Shown: positions 8,463 to 17,220 of the stretch, in pieces
How the letters are laid out: every line of letters starts with the position of its first letter
Position numbering within the stretch: the stretch's first letter is position 1
Assembly (NCBI GenBank): GCA_040384485.1
Contig: JAZKJH010000003.1
Location: 71,556-135,555 of the forward strand
Reading direction: 5' to 3'
Length of the DNA stretch: 64,000 nt
Source: Patescibacteria group bacterium
Lineage (GTDB): Bacteria > Patescibacteriota > Minisyncoccia > Phycocordibacterales > DATDWN01
Translations under genes and position numbers: made by a program
Notes under the pieces: generated by a model
The model's database searches: none
Told to the model about the DNA's origin: nothing
Seen by the model: the letters and a program-made list of their open reading frames with translations, nothing else

Positions 8463-8918
8463 ATGGAAAAAATTTCTTGGAAAACAATAGAATACTTACA
8501 TCAAGAAAAAACAACTGATTGGTATTGGATTGTAGGCATAATTACAGTCTCTATAGCAATAATATCTATTCTTCTTAATAATCTGATATTTGCAATACTT
8601 ATACTCGTAGCGTCTTTCACACTGACACTTTTTGCATCAAAAAAACCTGAGATAATGCTAGTCGAGCTAAACGACAAACATATCATGTTTGGAAAAACTA
8701 AATTTCCATACAAAGAACTTGACGCTTTTTGGATTGAAACTAAGGATGGAATGCCGAGAATTATACTGAAATCAAAAAAGCTTTTCATGCCATATATCTC
8801 TATTTTCCTAGAAGAAACTGATCCTGAAAAAGTGCAAGAGTTTTTAATTACAAAACTAGAATCAGAAGAAATGTCAGAGCCTTTGTTTGAAAAAGTGCTT
8901 GTGTACCTAGGTTTCTAA
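8463..8918 (+). CDS. Conserved hypothetical membrane protein (two N-terminal TMs)
   Basis: W...EY...EK..DWYW, two TM helices, FWIE; a type commonly seen in CPR genomes. Confidence 0.75.
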   Translation: MEKISWKTIEYLHQEKTTDWYWIVGIITVSIAIISILLNNLIFAILILVASFTLTLFASKKPEIMLVELNDKHIMFGKTKFPYKELDAFWIETKDGMPRIILKSKKLFMPYISIFLEETDPEKVQEFLITKLESEEMSEPLFEKVLVYLGF

Positions 8919-8958
8919 TTCTGGAAATGGATAAGCTTGTGTGTTAGTCTCTTTAAAC

Positions 8959-9030
8959 GCTCCCGTAGTTTAATGGATAGAATGTTGGCCTGCGAAGCTG
9001 GCGATCCAGGTTCGATTCCTGGCGGGAGCA
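8959..9030 (+). tRNA. tRNA-Arg(GCG)
   Basis: GCTCCCG/CGGGAGC acceptor, anticodon loop CT-GCG-AA, CCAGG-TTCGATT-CCTGG T-arm, A20 in D-loop. Confidence 0.92.
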
Positions 9031-9342
9031 CAAATAAAAAAACCACTAACAGTGGTTTTTTTATTTGTGCTCCCGCAGAAAGCCGTGGGTACGGCTTTAG
9101 TCAGGAATCGAAAACTTGTGATAGTTTTTGTGAACAATGTGAAACAAAAACGGAACAAGTGTACCGTTCATGTAATGAAAGATTCCGGCGGCAAATATCC
9201 CTGACCACAGATGTCTTCATGTACCATTCACATAATGAAAAATTCCTGTTGGTGAAATTTTTTCCAAGAAGTGAGATATCCTGGCAACAAATATCCCTGA
9301 CCACAGATGCCTGCATGTACCATTTATGTAACGAAATGTCCC
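9031..9342 (+). repeat. tRNA-Arg-associated structured element plus two degenerate repeats (96-bp period)
   Basis: Antisense GTGCTCCCGC...CAGGAATCGAA interrupted by a hairpin; motif AGTGTACCGTTCATGTAATGAAAGATTCC 9158-9186; CAAATATCCCTGACCACAGATG at 9192 and 9288. Confidence 0.8.
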
Positions 9343-9351
9343 CAACCCCAC

Positions 9352-9762
9352 CTACCCCCTCTTCTTAGACAAATAATTTGCCTTAGACCTTTTAGTTATT
9401 GCCAACACACCTATAACAACAATGTATGTTGTATATATTTCGCTTGGCATTTTATAAATATCGCTATAAAATATTTGTAGTATAAAAAGACCTACCACAA
9501 GAATAGTCCAAAAAAATACATAAAATTCGCCAGGATGTCGCCCGACATTTGTATCATGCCATCTTTCAAACTCTTTCTGGGCACTATAAATAGCCAGAAC
9601 TGCCATATAAATAGAAGAGACTGGGCCGATAAGATTTATCATTGAGTTGTGCCCTATAAAATCTAAGATAATAAGTGTATATAGAGCAAGGGTCCAGAAA
9701 TTAACCAAATGTCTCCAGACTCCAACACTTAACAAGGAATCTTTTTTATTTTTTGGGCTCAT
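9352..9762 (-). CDS. Hypothetical four-TM membrane protein
   Basis: 136-aa ORF with four hydrophobic segments and a KEFERW...GRHPGE loop. Confidence 0.7.
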   Translation of the reverse strand: MSPKNKKDSLLSVGVWRHLVNFWTLALYTLIILDFIGHNSMINLIGPVSSIYMAVLAIYSAQKEFERWHDTNVGRHPGEFYVFFWTILVVGLFILQIFYSDIYKMPSEIYTTYIVVIGVLAITKRSKANYLSKKRG

Positions 9763-9807
9763 GTTGTCTTCAAGTATACCAAAAAACCGCTTTCGCGGTC
9801 TTTTGTT

Positions 9808-10068
9808 TTATCCCCTCTTTATCATTGCGTTGATTCTTGATTTCTTTCTTCCGGCTGTATTTGCTTTAAGCAATCCTGTCTTTACTGATTTATCTAGAAT
9901 TTTTTGAACCTTTGGCATTAGTGCTCTGGCTTCATCTAGTTTTTTGTCTGCAACAAGTTTTTTTACTTGTTTAACTGCTTTGTTTATTTGCTCTTTTTTT
10001 GCAGTATTGAAACCTCTTTTTGTTTTAGAGGATCTAAGAGCTTTTTTAGCTGATGTTGTTATTGGCAT
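9808..10068 (-). CDS. rpsT: 30S ribosomal protein S20
   Basis: MPITTSAKKALR...LDKSVKTGLLKANTAGRKKSR. Confidence 0.97.
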   Translation of the reverse strand: MPITTSAKKALRSSKTKRGFNTAKKEQINKAVKQVKKLVADKKLDEARALMPKVQKILDKSVKTGLLKANTAGRKKSRINAMIKRG

Positions 10069-10156
10069 ATCGGCAATACTATACCATAGTATGAATTTTG
10101 TCTACCCCTATAAACCCATACTTCTACTACCAATACAAATAAGGTAATATATACCT

Positions 10157-10708
10157 ATGATTGGCTACCTAAAGGGCACTATTCTTCACACAGACGACAG
10201 ATTCATTATCTTGGATGTGTCAGGGGTTGGATATAAGGTTTTTACCAATACCGCCTTCGTAAATACAGCCAAGGAGGTATCTTTTTGGACATATCTGGCT
10301 GTTAGGGAAACGGCTTTAGACCTATACGGTTTTCAAACCAAGGAAGAAATGGATTTTTTTGAGCTTCTTATAACAGTATCTGGAATAGGGCCGAAATCAG
10401 CGTTAAGTATCATGGGACTCGCGACTCTAAAAAACCTACGTCAGGCTATTAAAACTGGTGACGTGGGACATTTGGTAAAAGTATCGGGGGTTGGAAAGAA
10501 GAATGCTGAAAAAATTGTTGTTGAACTTAAAGACAAGATTGGAGATATTGAGTTCGGTGTAGGAGAAGGAGTATCGGACATGGATGCGCTAGAAGCCCTG
10601 AAGTCTCTAGGCTACAACGAAAAAGATGCTCGGGAAGTTTTGAAAAAAGTTTCTGATGTGTCTGATACTGGGGAAAAGGTTCGTAAAGCCTTGAAACTCT
10701 TGAGTTAA
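10157..10708 (+). CDS. ruvA: Holliday junction branch migration protein RuvA
   Basis: MIGYLKG, GVGYKV, LYGF, VSGIGPKSA, GVGKKNAEKIVVELK. Confidence 0.97.
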   Translation: MIGYLKGTILHTDDRFIILDVSGVGYKVFTNTAFVNTAKEVSFWTYLAVRETALDLYGFQTKEEMDFFELLITVSGIGPKSALSIMGLATLKNLRQAIKTGDVGHLVKVSGVGKKNAEKIVVELKDKIGDIEFGVGEGVSDMDALEALKSLGYNEKDAREVLKKVSDVSDTGEKVRKALKLLS

Positions 10709-10725
10709 TTTGTATATTTAATTTT

Positions 10726-11625
10726 ATGCCAGAACTACCAGAAGTTGAGAATTTACGACTTGGCTTGGAGAAACACATACTTGGTCAAAAAATACTTTCG
10801 ATAAAAATATCTAAACCAAAACTTGTTTCGGGAAAAGGAACTCTTCGTTCCCCTTCCAAGAAAAAGGTGGATGAGTTTATAAACAACCTTACCAACGAAA
10901 AATTTTTAGGTGTGGACAGGCGTGCCAAAAATTTAATATTTAAGCTAAGTCATGACAAAATTATTTTAGCTCATTTGAAAATGACTGGGCAATTTATATA
11001 CAAAAGTAAGTCTGGGAATAAGACTGTTGTAGGTGGTCACCCGATAGAACTTTCCGAGTCTACCCTACCTAACAAGCACAGCCACATAATATTCGAACTA
11101 GAGAAAGGAACCTTGTACTACAATGACACTCGAATGTTCGGGTATGTAATCTACTACCCAAACATGTCGGCACTTGAAACAGAGAAACATTTTGACAAAC
11201 TGGGTGTGGAACCGACTACTCCCGAATTTACTTTAAAATATTTTGAAGACGCCCTTAAAAACAAAAAAGGTAAAATAAAAACAGTATTGATGAACCAGGA
11301 AGTGGTGACTGGAGTCGGAAACATCTACGCTGATGAAAGCCTTTTTGAAGCAGGTATAAACCCGAGTAGAAGCGCGCTGAGTCTTACCCATGAAGAGCTG
11401 GCTAAACTTCATAAAGCAATAAAGAGAATAATAACGAAGGCCATAAAAGTTGGAGGATCTTCTGTGGCAACCTACAGACTAATAGATGACTCGCAAGGAA
11501 ACTATGCTCGTGAACATAAAGTTTATGGAAAACATGGCAAGGAATGTGTAGTGTGCAAAAAAATCCTAGAAAAGACTACCATCAACACTCGTACAACGGT
11601 ATTCTGTTTACAGTGCCAGAAATAA
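10726..11625 (+). CDS. mutM: Formamidopyrimidine-DNA glycosylase
   Basis: MPELPEVE N-terminus, HLKMTG, GVGNIYADESLF, C-terminal CxxC..CxxC zinc finger. Confidence 0.97.
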   Translation: MPELPEVENLRLGLEKHILGQKILSIKISKPKLVSGKGTLRSPSKKKVDEFINNLTNEKFLGVDRRAKNLIFKLSHDKIILAHLKMTGQFIYKSKSGNKTVVGGHPIELSESTLPNKHSHIIFELEKGTLYYNDTRMFGYVIYYPNMSALETEKHFDKLGVEPTTPEFTLKYFEDALKNKKGKIKTVLMNQEVVTGVGNIYADESLFEAGINPSRSALSLTHEELAKLHKAIKRIITKAIKVGGSSVATYRLIDDSQGNYAREHKVYGKHGKECVVCKKILEKTTINTRTTVFCLQCQK

Positions 11626-11668
11626 TACTCAGATACTTTTATTAAGTTTTCATTGTATAATACAAAGC

Positions 11669-12538
11669 ATGAAGGATGATATGTTGGGATTACTTATTAT
11701 ATTGGGGATAATCGCCATAGCTTTATATGGTGGTATAAACAATAGTAAAGAAAACTTAGCTGCAAGTGACAATACAAATTCCCCAAAGACCACCCAAAAA
11801 ACTATTCGGGAGACTGAGAATCAGATCACTGAACTCAAAAAACAATTGAAAGCTGAGGAAGCGAAAGTGACCCAAAGCAAGTATAAGGATGTAGTAATTC
11901 TTGCCCTACTTTCACGTTCAAGTAATCCCAGTAAAGAATACGTGGCTATCCGAGTAAACAGTAGAGCTACGACTACAATCCCAGTTACGGGTTGGACCAT
12001 AAAAACTAACTACGGAGACACGGTTGTTATTCCAAAAGCTTCATATTTATTCTTTTCAGGAATGCCCAATTCAGAAGAAAATGTTTTTCTGAACAGCAAA
12101 GATGTTCTTTATATAGTTACTGGTCACTCCCCTATAGGAGTTGGGTTCCGAACTAACAAATGCACAGGATACTTGGACCAGTTCCAATCGTTTACACCAT
12201 ATCTAAAAGATAACTGTCCGCTGGCTGAAAAAGAAGCTCCTTTATATATACCAAACAACACCGGCAACACTGCTTGCCTCAAATACATTGATTCGTTGCG
12301 ACAATGTCAAATCAATACAAAAAACATACCGGTGAGTTGGACTGGAGAATGTAAAAACTTTATTGATCAAAAAATAGGATACCCAGCTTGTATACAAACT
12401 TATAAGAACGATCCTGATTTTTATGAAAACGAGTGGCGAGTATACCTAAAAAGAAGTTCTAGTATATGGACTGCCAGAAACCTGACATTAACTCTTTATG
12501 ACAACGAGGGTAAAATAGTGGATATCCTAGAAAGATAG
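11669..12538 (+). CDS. Membrane-anchored exported Cys-containing protein (lamin-tail-like segment)
   Basis: N-terminal TM, coiled coil, EYVAIR...PVTGWTIK, six Cys. Confidence 0.6.
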   Translation: MKDDMLGLLIILGIIAIALYGGINNSKENLAASDNTNSPKTTQKTIRETENQITELKKQLKAEEAKVTQSKYKDVVILALLSRSSNPSKEYVAIRVNSRATTTIPVTGWTIKTNYGDTVVIPKASYLFFSGMPNSEENVFLNSKDVLYIVTGHSPIGVGFRTNKCTGYLDQFQSFTPYLKDNCPLAEKEAPLYIPNNTGNTACLKYIDSLRQCQINTKNIPVSWTGECKNFIDQKIGYPACIQTYKNDPDFYENEWRVYLKRSSSIWTARNLTLTLYDNEGKIVDILER

Positions 12539-12540
12539 AC

Positions 12541-13026
12541 CTAGATTCCGAGCATCCTAAACAACGCTACACCAAAAGCAACAGACACATTGAGGGATTC
12601 TTTTTCACCGCGCATTGGTATTTCAACGACCTCGTCGCACAAAGATATAGTTTTTTTATCTATCCCCTCCACCTCGTTTCCAACAATAAACAGAACTGGG
12701 GATTTTATTTTTATTTTTTTATAGTCCACTGATTTTTTGTCTTGCTCTATTCCCACAACAAACACCCCATCTTTTTTTAATTTCTTGATGACTTTTGCTG
12801 GGTTCTCAATGTATTCCCAAGGAATAGTTTTTTCAGCCCCAAGAGCAACTTTAGCAATATCCTTTCTTGGTTTGTTGAACTTATCTATAGGAGTTGGTGT
12901 GTAACCAGATAGATATATTTTGGACACACCCAAAGCGTCCGCGGTTCTAAAAATAGATCCGACGTTATGAGTGCTTCGTATGTCGTGTAGTAAAACAAAA
13001 ACTTCTTTCATGTCTTGAATATACAT
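12541..13026 (-). CDS. SpoU/TrmH family RNA methyltransferase
   Basis: NVGSIFRTAD, GNEVEG, EIPMRGEKESLNVSVA SPOUT motifs. Confidence 0.93.
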   Translation of the reverse strand: MYIQDMKEVFVLLHDIRSTHNVGSIFRTADALGVSKIYLSGYTPTPIDKFNKPRKDIAKVALGAEKTIPWEYIENPAKVIKKLKKDGVFVVGIEQDKKSVDYKKIKIKSPVLFIVGNEVEGIDKKTISLCDEVVEIPMRGEKESLNVSVAFGVALFRMLGI

Positions 13027-13047
13027 TAAACTGTGAAATTTGAAAGA

Positions 13048-13075
13048 TGTAACATTTTAGGGGGCTAATGCATTA
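13048..13075 (+). promoter_or_regulatory. Candidate ECF-sigma autoregulatory promoter
   Basis: TGTAAC-16 nt-GCATTA upstream of the ECF sigma gene; AAC-containing -35 is typical of ECF promoters. Confidence 0.45.
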
Positions 13076-13105
13076 TACTTAGTATAGCTATATATTAATT
13101 AGAAT

Positions 13106-13600
13106 ATGACATTGGACAAAAACCACATAAGTGAGCTGTGGGACAAGATAACCCCTAAATTGTATGGGTATTTGGTCCGCACTCTGGGAGACAAGGATTT
13201 GGCACAGGATATCCTACAGACAACATGGCTAAAAGCCATGCAGAGTCTTCCGACCTTTGGAAACAAGGGTGAAGTAAACTTCTCTGCCTGGTTATTTGCT
13301 ATAGCCAGAAACGAATGCAAGCAACACTGGCGAAAAGGAGAAAGAGAAATACCTTTTGATGAATCCCTGCACGACAGAACTGAAATTTCAACAAAAACTC
13401 AAGACAAAATATTTATAGAGCAAATACTTTCGCAGTTATCTAAAAATGACCAGGAATTAATTAAACTGCGCTACATCTCTGACTTACCACTAAACAATAT
13501 TGCGAAAATTCTTAAAATAAATCCTGTAGCTGTACGAGTAAGAATGCACCGAGCATTAACCGAAGCAAAACTTATACTTAAAAACCAATACCATGTTTAA
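13106..13600 (+). CDS. ECF RNA polymerase sigma factor
   Basis: AQDILQTTWLKA, FSAWLFAIARN (region 2); IAKILKI...AVRVRMHRAL (region 4). Confidence 0.93.
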   Translation: MTLDKNHISELWDKITPKLYGYLVRTLGDKDLAQDILQTTWLKAMQSLPTFGNKGEVNFSAWLFAIARNECKQHWRKGEREIPFDESLHDRTEISTKTQDKIFIEQILSQLSKNDQELIKLRYISDLPLNNIAKILKINPVAVRVRMHRALTEAKLILKNQYHV

Positions 13601-14786
13601 TAAAAAAATACATAATACATTTAAAAAATGGGGTGAAAAACAAGTGGAGTTTCCTCCTAACAACGAGGTCTTAAAATCGCTCATCCTTGAACAAGTTCCA
13701 AACAGAACAAGTGCCCTTGTTTCCACCACAAAACATAGACAACCTTGGTTTTTCTATGCATTTACAGCAATGGCTGTGCTGACTTTTGTTATAAACTCGC
13801 AACCTTCTTTTTTGAGCAAGATGGACTTGGGAGACGAATTTGTTGTAGCTCCTATGGCGCCACAGGATGCAAGTATGGCTCCTGAATACGCCTACCCAAC
13901 TGTCACCACTGGAAGCACGGCTGGTAGAGACTCGGTCATATATGACCCTTACTATCCCTACCCATACCCCCAGAACCCAAACATTACTGACACCAGAGAA
14001 TTCTCTAAAATTTATTACAACCCCACCCTACAAACGCGGGAGGTAAATGATGTGCGCGGTGAAGTCGAAAGAGTGGTTAGAAATTCTGATGGACGAGTGG
14101 ATTCATCTACCAGTGGAGAAAAATCTGGATACGTAAGTTTTGTTGTACCGAAAGACCGACTAGAATCATTTAAAGATGAGATAGAGAGTTTGGTAGGAAG
14201 TCGGTTCTACATAGAACAGACAAATACCCAAAACATGTTACCGCAGAAGCAAGCTATCGAACAAAGCTTGGAACAACTCGATACAACACTTAAGTCCTTG
14301 ATCAAAGATAGAGATGGAATTGTTAAAAACCACAATCAAAATATTTCGGCTTATAACAAAAGACTTGAATACATAAATTCAGAGATTGCTCGACTTAACA
14401 ATGAAAAGGTATTCTACCCTGCACTGGAGGAGGAAAACACAAAAAGAATATCCGCACTACAGAATGAGATTTTCGCAATTCAAAAAGAGATTTCAAGTGA
14501 AAATCATACTTATCAAACAAACAAAAACAATATTGATAACAGCATAAAATACACCGAGCAAAGTTTGGATTACACAAAAACACAAGACAAGAATCTGATG
14601 CTGGATGTAGAAACAGTAACTGGAAGTGTTTCTATTCAATGGATAAGTCTGTGGGACTACGTTGACACCTACTTCCCCGGAGCACTCTTGGGTTGGGTGT
14701 TTATGGCACTTGCTGTTGTTGCCTACTTCTGGAATAGAAATAGAAAAGATACAGCTACTGATTACTATGCCGAATTAAAATTGTAA
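13593..14786 (+). CDS. DUF4349-like two-TM protein; candidate anti-sigma factor
   Basis: Overlaps the sigma gene stop; short N-terminus, TM, G.V.S...VPK...F segment, long coiled coil, C-terminal TM. Confidence 0.6.
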   Translation: MFNKKIHNTFKKWGEKQVEFPPNNEVLKSLILEQVPNRTSALVSTTKHRQPWFFYAFTAMAVLTFVINSQPSFLSKMDLGDEFVVAPMAPQDASMAPEYAYPTVTTGSTAGRDSVIYDPYYPYPYPQNPNITDTREFSKIYYNPTLQTREVNDVRGEVERVVRNSDGRVDSSTSGEKSGYVSFVVPKDRLESFKDEIESLVGSRFYIEQTNTQNMLPQKQAIEQSLEQLDTTLKSLIKDRDGIVKNHNQNISAYNKRLEYINSEIARLNNEKVFYPALEEENTKRISALQNEIFAIQKEISSENHTYQTNKNNIDNSIKYTEQSLDYTKTQDKNLMLDVETVTGSVSIQWISLWDYVDTYFPGALLGWVFMALAVVAYFWNRNRKDTATDYYAELKL

Positions 14787-14816
14787 ATTTGTCTGCATTA
14801 TATATAATGTACACAT

Positions 14817-15170
14817 ATGAACACATTATCTTTTTTCCCAGACCTGCTTACATTTAGTATGGTCGGACCCTTACTTATCAGACTTTCAGTTGGTTTTTTT
14901 ATTCTTTATTTAGGTAGAGAAAGGTTACAGAAACCTGTGGGGTTTGTTTCTATTTTTTATTTTGCTTGTGCATTGTTTTTAATGGTTGGCTTGTATACTC
15001 AGCTGGCGGCAATACTTGGGATTATCATTTTGAAAATTGATTTTTATTCCAAACGAATAGGCGTGTTCAGTGACATGAATATGTTTTTCCTTTACGCCGT
15101 CTCTATAACGGTTCTACTTTCCCTACTCTTCACTGGACCTGGATTTATGGCTTTTGATTTGCCACTGTAG
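14817..15170 (+). CDS. DoxX-like membrane protein
   Basis: LLIRLSVG, GLYTQLAA, LLFTGPGFMAFDLPL. Confidence 0.7.
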   Translation: MNTLSFFPDLLTFSMVGPLLIRLSVGFFILYLGRERLQKPVGFVSIFYFACALFLMVGLYTQLAAILGIIILKIDFYSKRIGVFSDMNMFFLYAVSITVLLSLLFTGPGFMAFDLPL

Positions 15171-15229
15171 GATATATCTAGTTTTTATTGCTGTCGGTAA
15201 AAATACTGACTGCATGAAAATGTTAAGGG

Positions 15230-16117
15230 TTATAAGTTCTGGGTGAACAAAATATCTTGTTGATAGTCATCAATACTGGAAAGCTTTGTAACCATATCCA
15301 GAGTTTTACCATCCTGTTTCCAGTCGTTATTTTTTGGCATTTTTCTGACGATTACATGAATAAAACGCAACAGGATTAATGTTTGAATATCCCTCATTAT
15401 TTCTTCCAAACTGCCTTCTTCTAGACCGTACCCGCGGAGAAAATGTGCAATATTTTCTTTACCAGTTTTCCATGTGTAAATTTCTGCCAACTCAGCGTAT
15501 GGAGCCCTGTTCCCTGTTGCAGTTTCCCAATCAATAACATGTATTGTTCCAGCTCCATCAATGATGACATTATTCTGAGAGAGGTTTCCATGACAAAGTG
15601 TTGGGAAAAACTTCCAGACATAGGTTTCTTCTAATCTTTTTTGAATTTTTTGTGACAACTCTTTTGAAAAAACTTCTCTTGTGACAAAGTAATCCCTGGC
15701 AAACAAACGAGTAACAAACTCTTTGTAATCTAATTGAATTTCTGGAGCGGGTATTTTATCTATAATATTTGCATATCTTCCGAGAGTAAACCAAATATTA
15801 GCCAGTTCTTGTGGTGCATCATTTCCTGGGACCCCTTCTACGTATTCTTGAAACGAGAAGGCGTACTCACCACACTGGTCTGTATCTAAAATTTTTGGAG
15901 TTGGAATTCCAGCGTCTCTAGCAACCAAGGCACACCACTTTTCCTTTTGATACGACTGAAGTGTTTCCTCACGATTACTCATCCTAAGAATCAAAGGGTT
16001 GTTGTTTATAACTACCTTAAATACCAAATTATTTTTACCTTTTCCTTTAATCTCATCAATCGAGCTTGGGATTACGCTATATACCTGTTCAACAATTTTC
16101 TTTACGAGTTCATCCAT
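15230..16117 (-). CDS. Aminoglycoside phosphotransferase (APH)-fold kinase family protein
   Basis: GKNNLVFKV, GIPTPKIL, LCHGNLSQNNVI, VIDWE; start placed at the ATG 6 nt after TGcTATACT. Confidence 0.85.
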   Translation of the reverse strand: MDELVKKIVEQVYSVIPSSIDEIKGKGKNNLVFKVVINNNPLILRMSNREETLQSYQKEKWCALVARDAGIPTPKILDTDQCGEYAFSFQEYVEGVPGNDAPQELANIWFTLGRYANIIDKIPAPEIQLDYKEFVTRLFARDYFVTREVFSKELSQKIQKRLEETYVWKFFPTLCHGNLSQNNVIIDGAGTIHVIDWETATGNRAPYAELAEIYTWKTGKENIAHFLRGYGLEEGSLEEIMRDIQTLILLRFIHVIVRKMPKNNDWKQDGKTLDMVTKLSSIDDYQQDILFTQNL

Positions 16118-16161
16118 AATCAAAGTATAGCAAGGGAAAATGGAAAAATCTCAAGGATTTA

Positions 16162-16367
16162 GCCCGGTAGGAATCTTTCATTACATGAACAGTACACTAG
16201 CTCAGTCTCATTAGGTAAAACCTGGGCGCACTTGTGTCTTGGATAATACTGTTTTAGTCAAAACTGTATTTCCTCCGGCCCAGACCTCGACCGTTTTGTT
16301 TGGTAACAAAACATGTCTCCGGTCCGCACCAGTATCAAAAAATCCCAAACTGATGGGATTTTTTGTC
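16162..16367 (-). repeat. tRNA-Lys-associated structured element ending in a direct repeat of the tRNA 3' region
   Basis: GCCCGGTAGGAATC 16162-16175 = 16374-16387; antisense-like TGGTGCGGACCGG after the terminator hairpin; 29-bp motif shared with the tRNA-Arg element. Confidence 0.82.
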
Positions 16368-16443
16368 TGGTGCGCCCGGTAGGAATCGAACCTACGACCA
16401 TCTCCTTAAAAGGGAGCTGCTCTACCGACTGAGCTACGGGCGC
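16368..16443 (-). tRNA. tRNA-Lys(TTT)
   Basis: GCGCCCG/CGGGCGC acceptor, loop CT-TTT-AA, GTAGG-TTCGATT-CCTAC T-arm, encoded CCA. Confidence 0.95.
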
Positions 16444-16496
16444 ATATTTAGAACGGTAATTCAAAATATATCAGAAAAATACAAAAAGTCCAACTC

Positions 16497-17207
16497 CTAT
16501 CTCTCTAAAATCCACTTCTCCAGCATTACTTCCATATCCCCCGCTCCCGTTCTAACTTTGTGTGTCATGTTTACCAAATCAGCTGACATATTCTGAAGCT
16601 CTTCTGTTTTATATTTCCTGCTACCTCTCAAAGCATTTTTATACGGAAATGGCGCCAGTCCTGTTTCTGTCTGACTTGAGGAGCGACTTGCTAGAATCAT
16701 GTTTTTCACCTGCCAGAAAAATATTCCGTGGATTTCCTCTGGCTCTATACCCATAGACAAAGCTTTTAAATAAGAAACCCAGAGCTCTTTTTTGTCTCTT
16801 TCCAGAATTCCGTCTGTTACAAAAAAGGGGTTTATGTTTTGCTTCTTTTCTGTTTTTTCGAACTTCTGTACTTTTTCACTATACTTCTCAAACTTCTTAA
16901 CTGTATCTGCTGTAGCCCCACCTTCCAAAACTAAAAATATTTGTTCTGATTTTTGAAAGCTTTCCAGCATGCCAAGAACAACCTCTTTTAATTCCTTATT
17001 CTCAAAAACATTATCTAAAACCACTGTATATTTCTTTTCGAACAATCCCTGAGAGTTAGCTAATTCTTGTAAGGTTACTTCATTACAGTTCTCTGAAGTT
17101 AGTTTAAACAGTTCTGCAGATGGTCTCTTTTTCTCAGCTAAAAGTAAAAGCTCGTGGAGCTTTTCTCTGGACTTGTGTGTATCTGTACCGTAAAGAAAAT
17201 AAATCAT
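16497..17207 (-). CDS. holA: DNA polymerase III delta subunit (HolA-like, short form)
   Basis: MIYFLYGTD start, SQGLF motif, C-terminal LEKWIL; directly downstream of polA. Confidence 0.75.
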   Translation of the reverse strand: MIYFLYGTDTHKSREKLHELLLLAEKKRPSAELFKLTSENCNEVTLQELANSQGLFEKKYTVVLDNVFENKELKEVVLGMLESFQKSEQIFLVLEGGATADTVKKFEKYSEKVQKFEKTEKKQNINPFFVTDGILERDKKELWVSYLKALSMGIEPEEIHGIFFWQVKNMILASRSSSQTETGLAPFPYKNALRGSRKYKTEELQNMSADLVNMTHKVRTGAGDMEVMLEKWILER

Positions 17208-17220
17208 TGAATTTAATGAG

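Noticed and set aside
9158-9342. Possible CRISPR array
   Set aside because: Only two or three degenerate units, no regular unique spacers and no cas genes
15230-16117. Aminoglycoside resistance gene
   Set aside because: Only fold-level APH similarity and the catalytic Asp is replaced; resistance cannot be claimed
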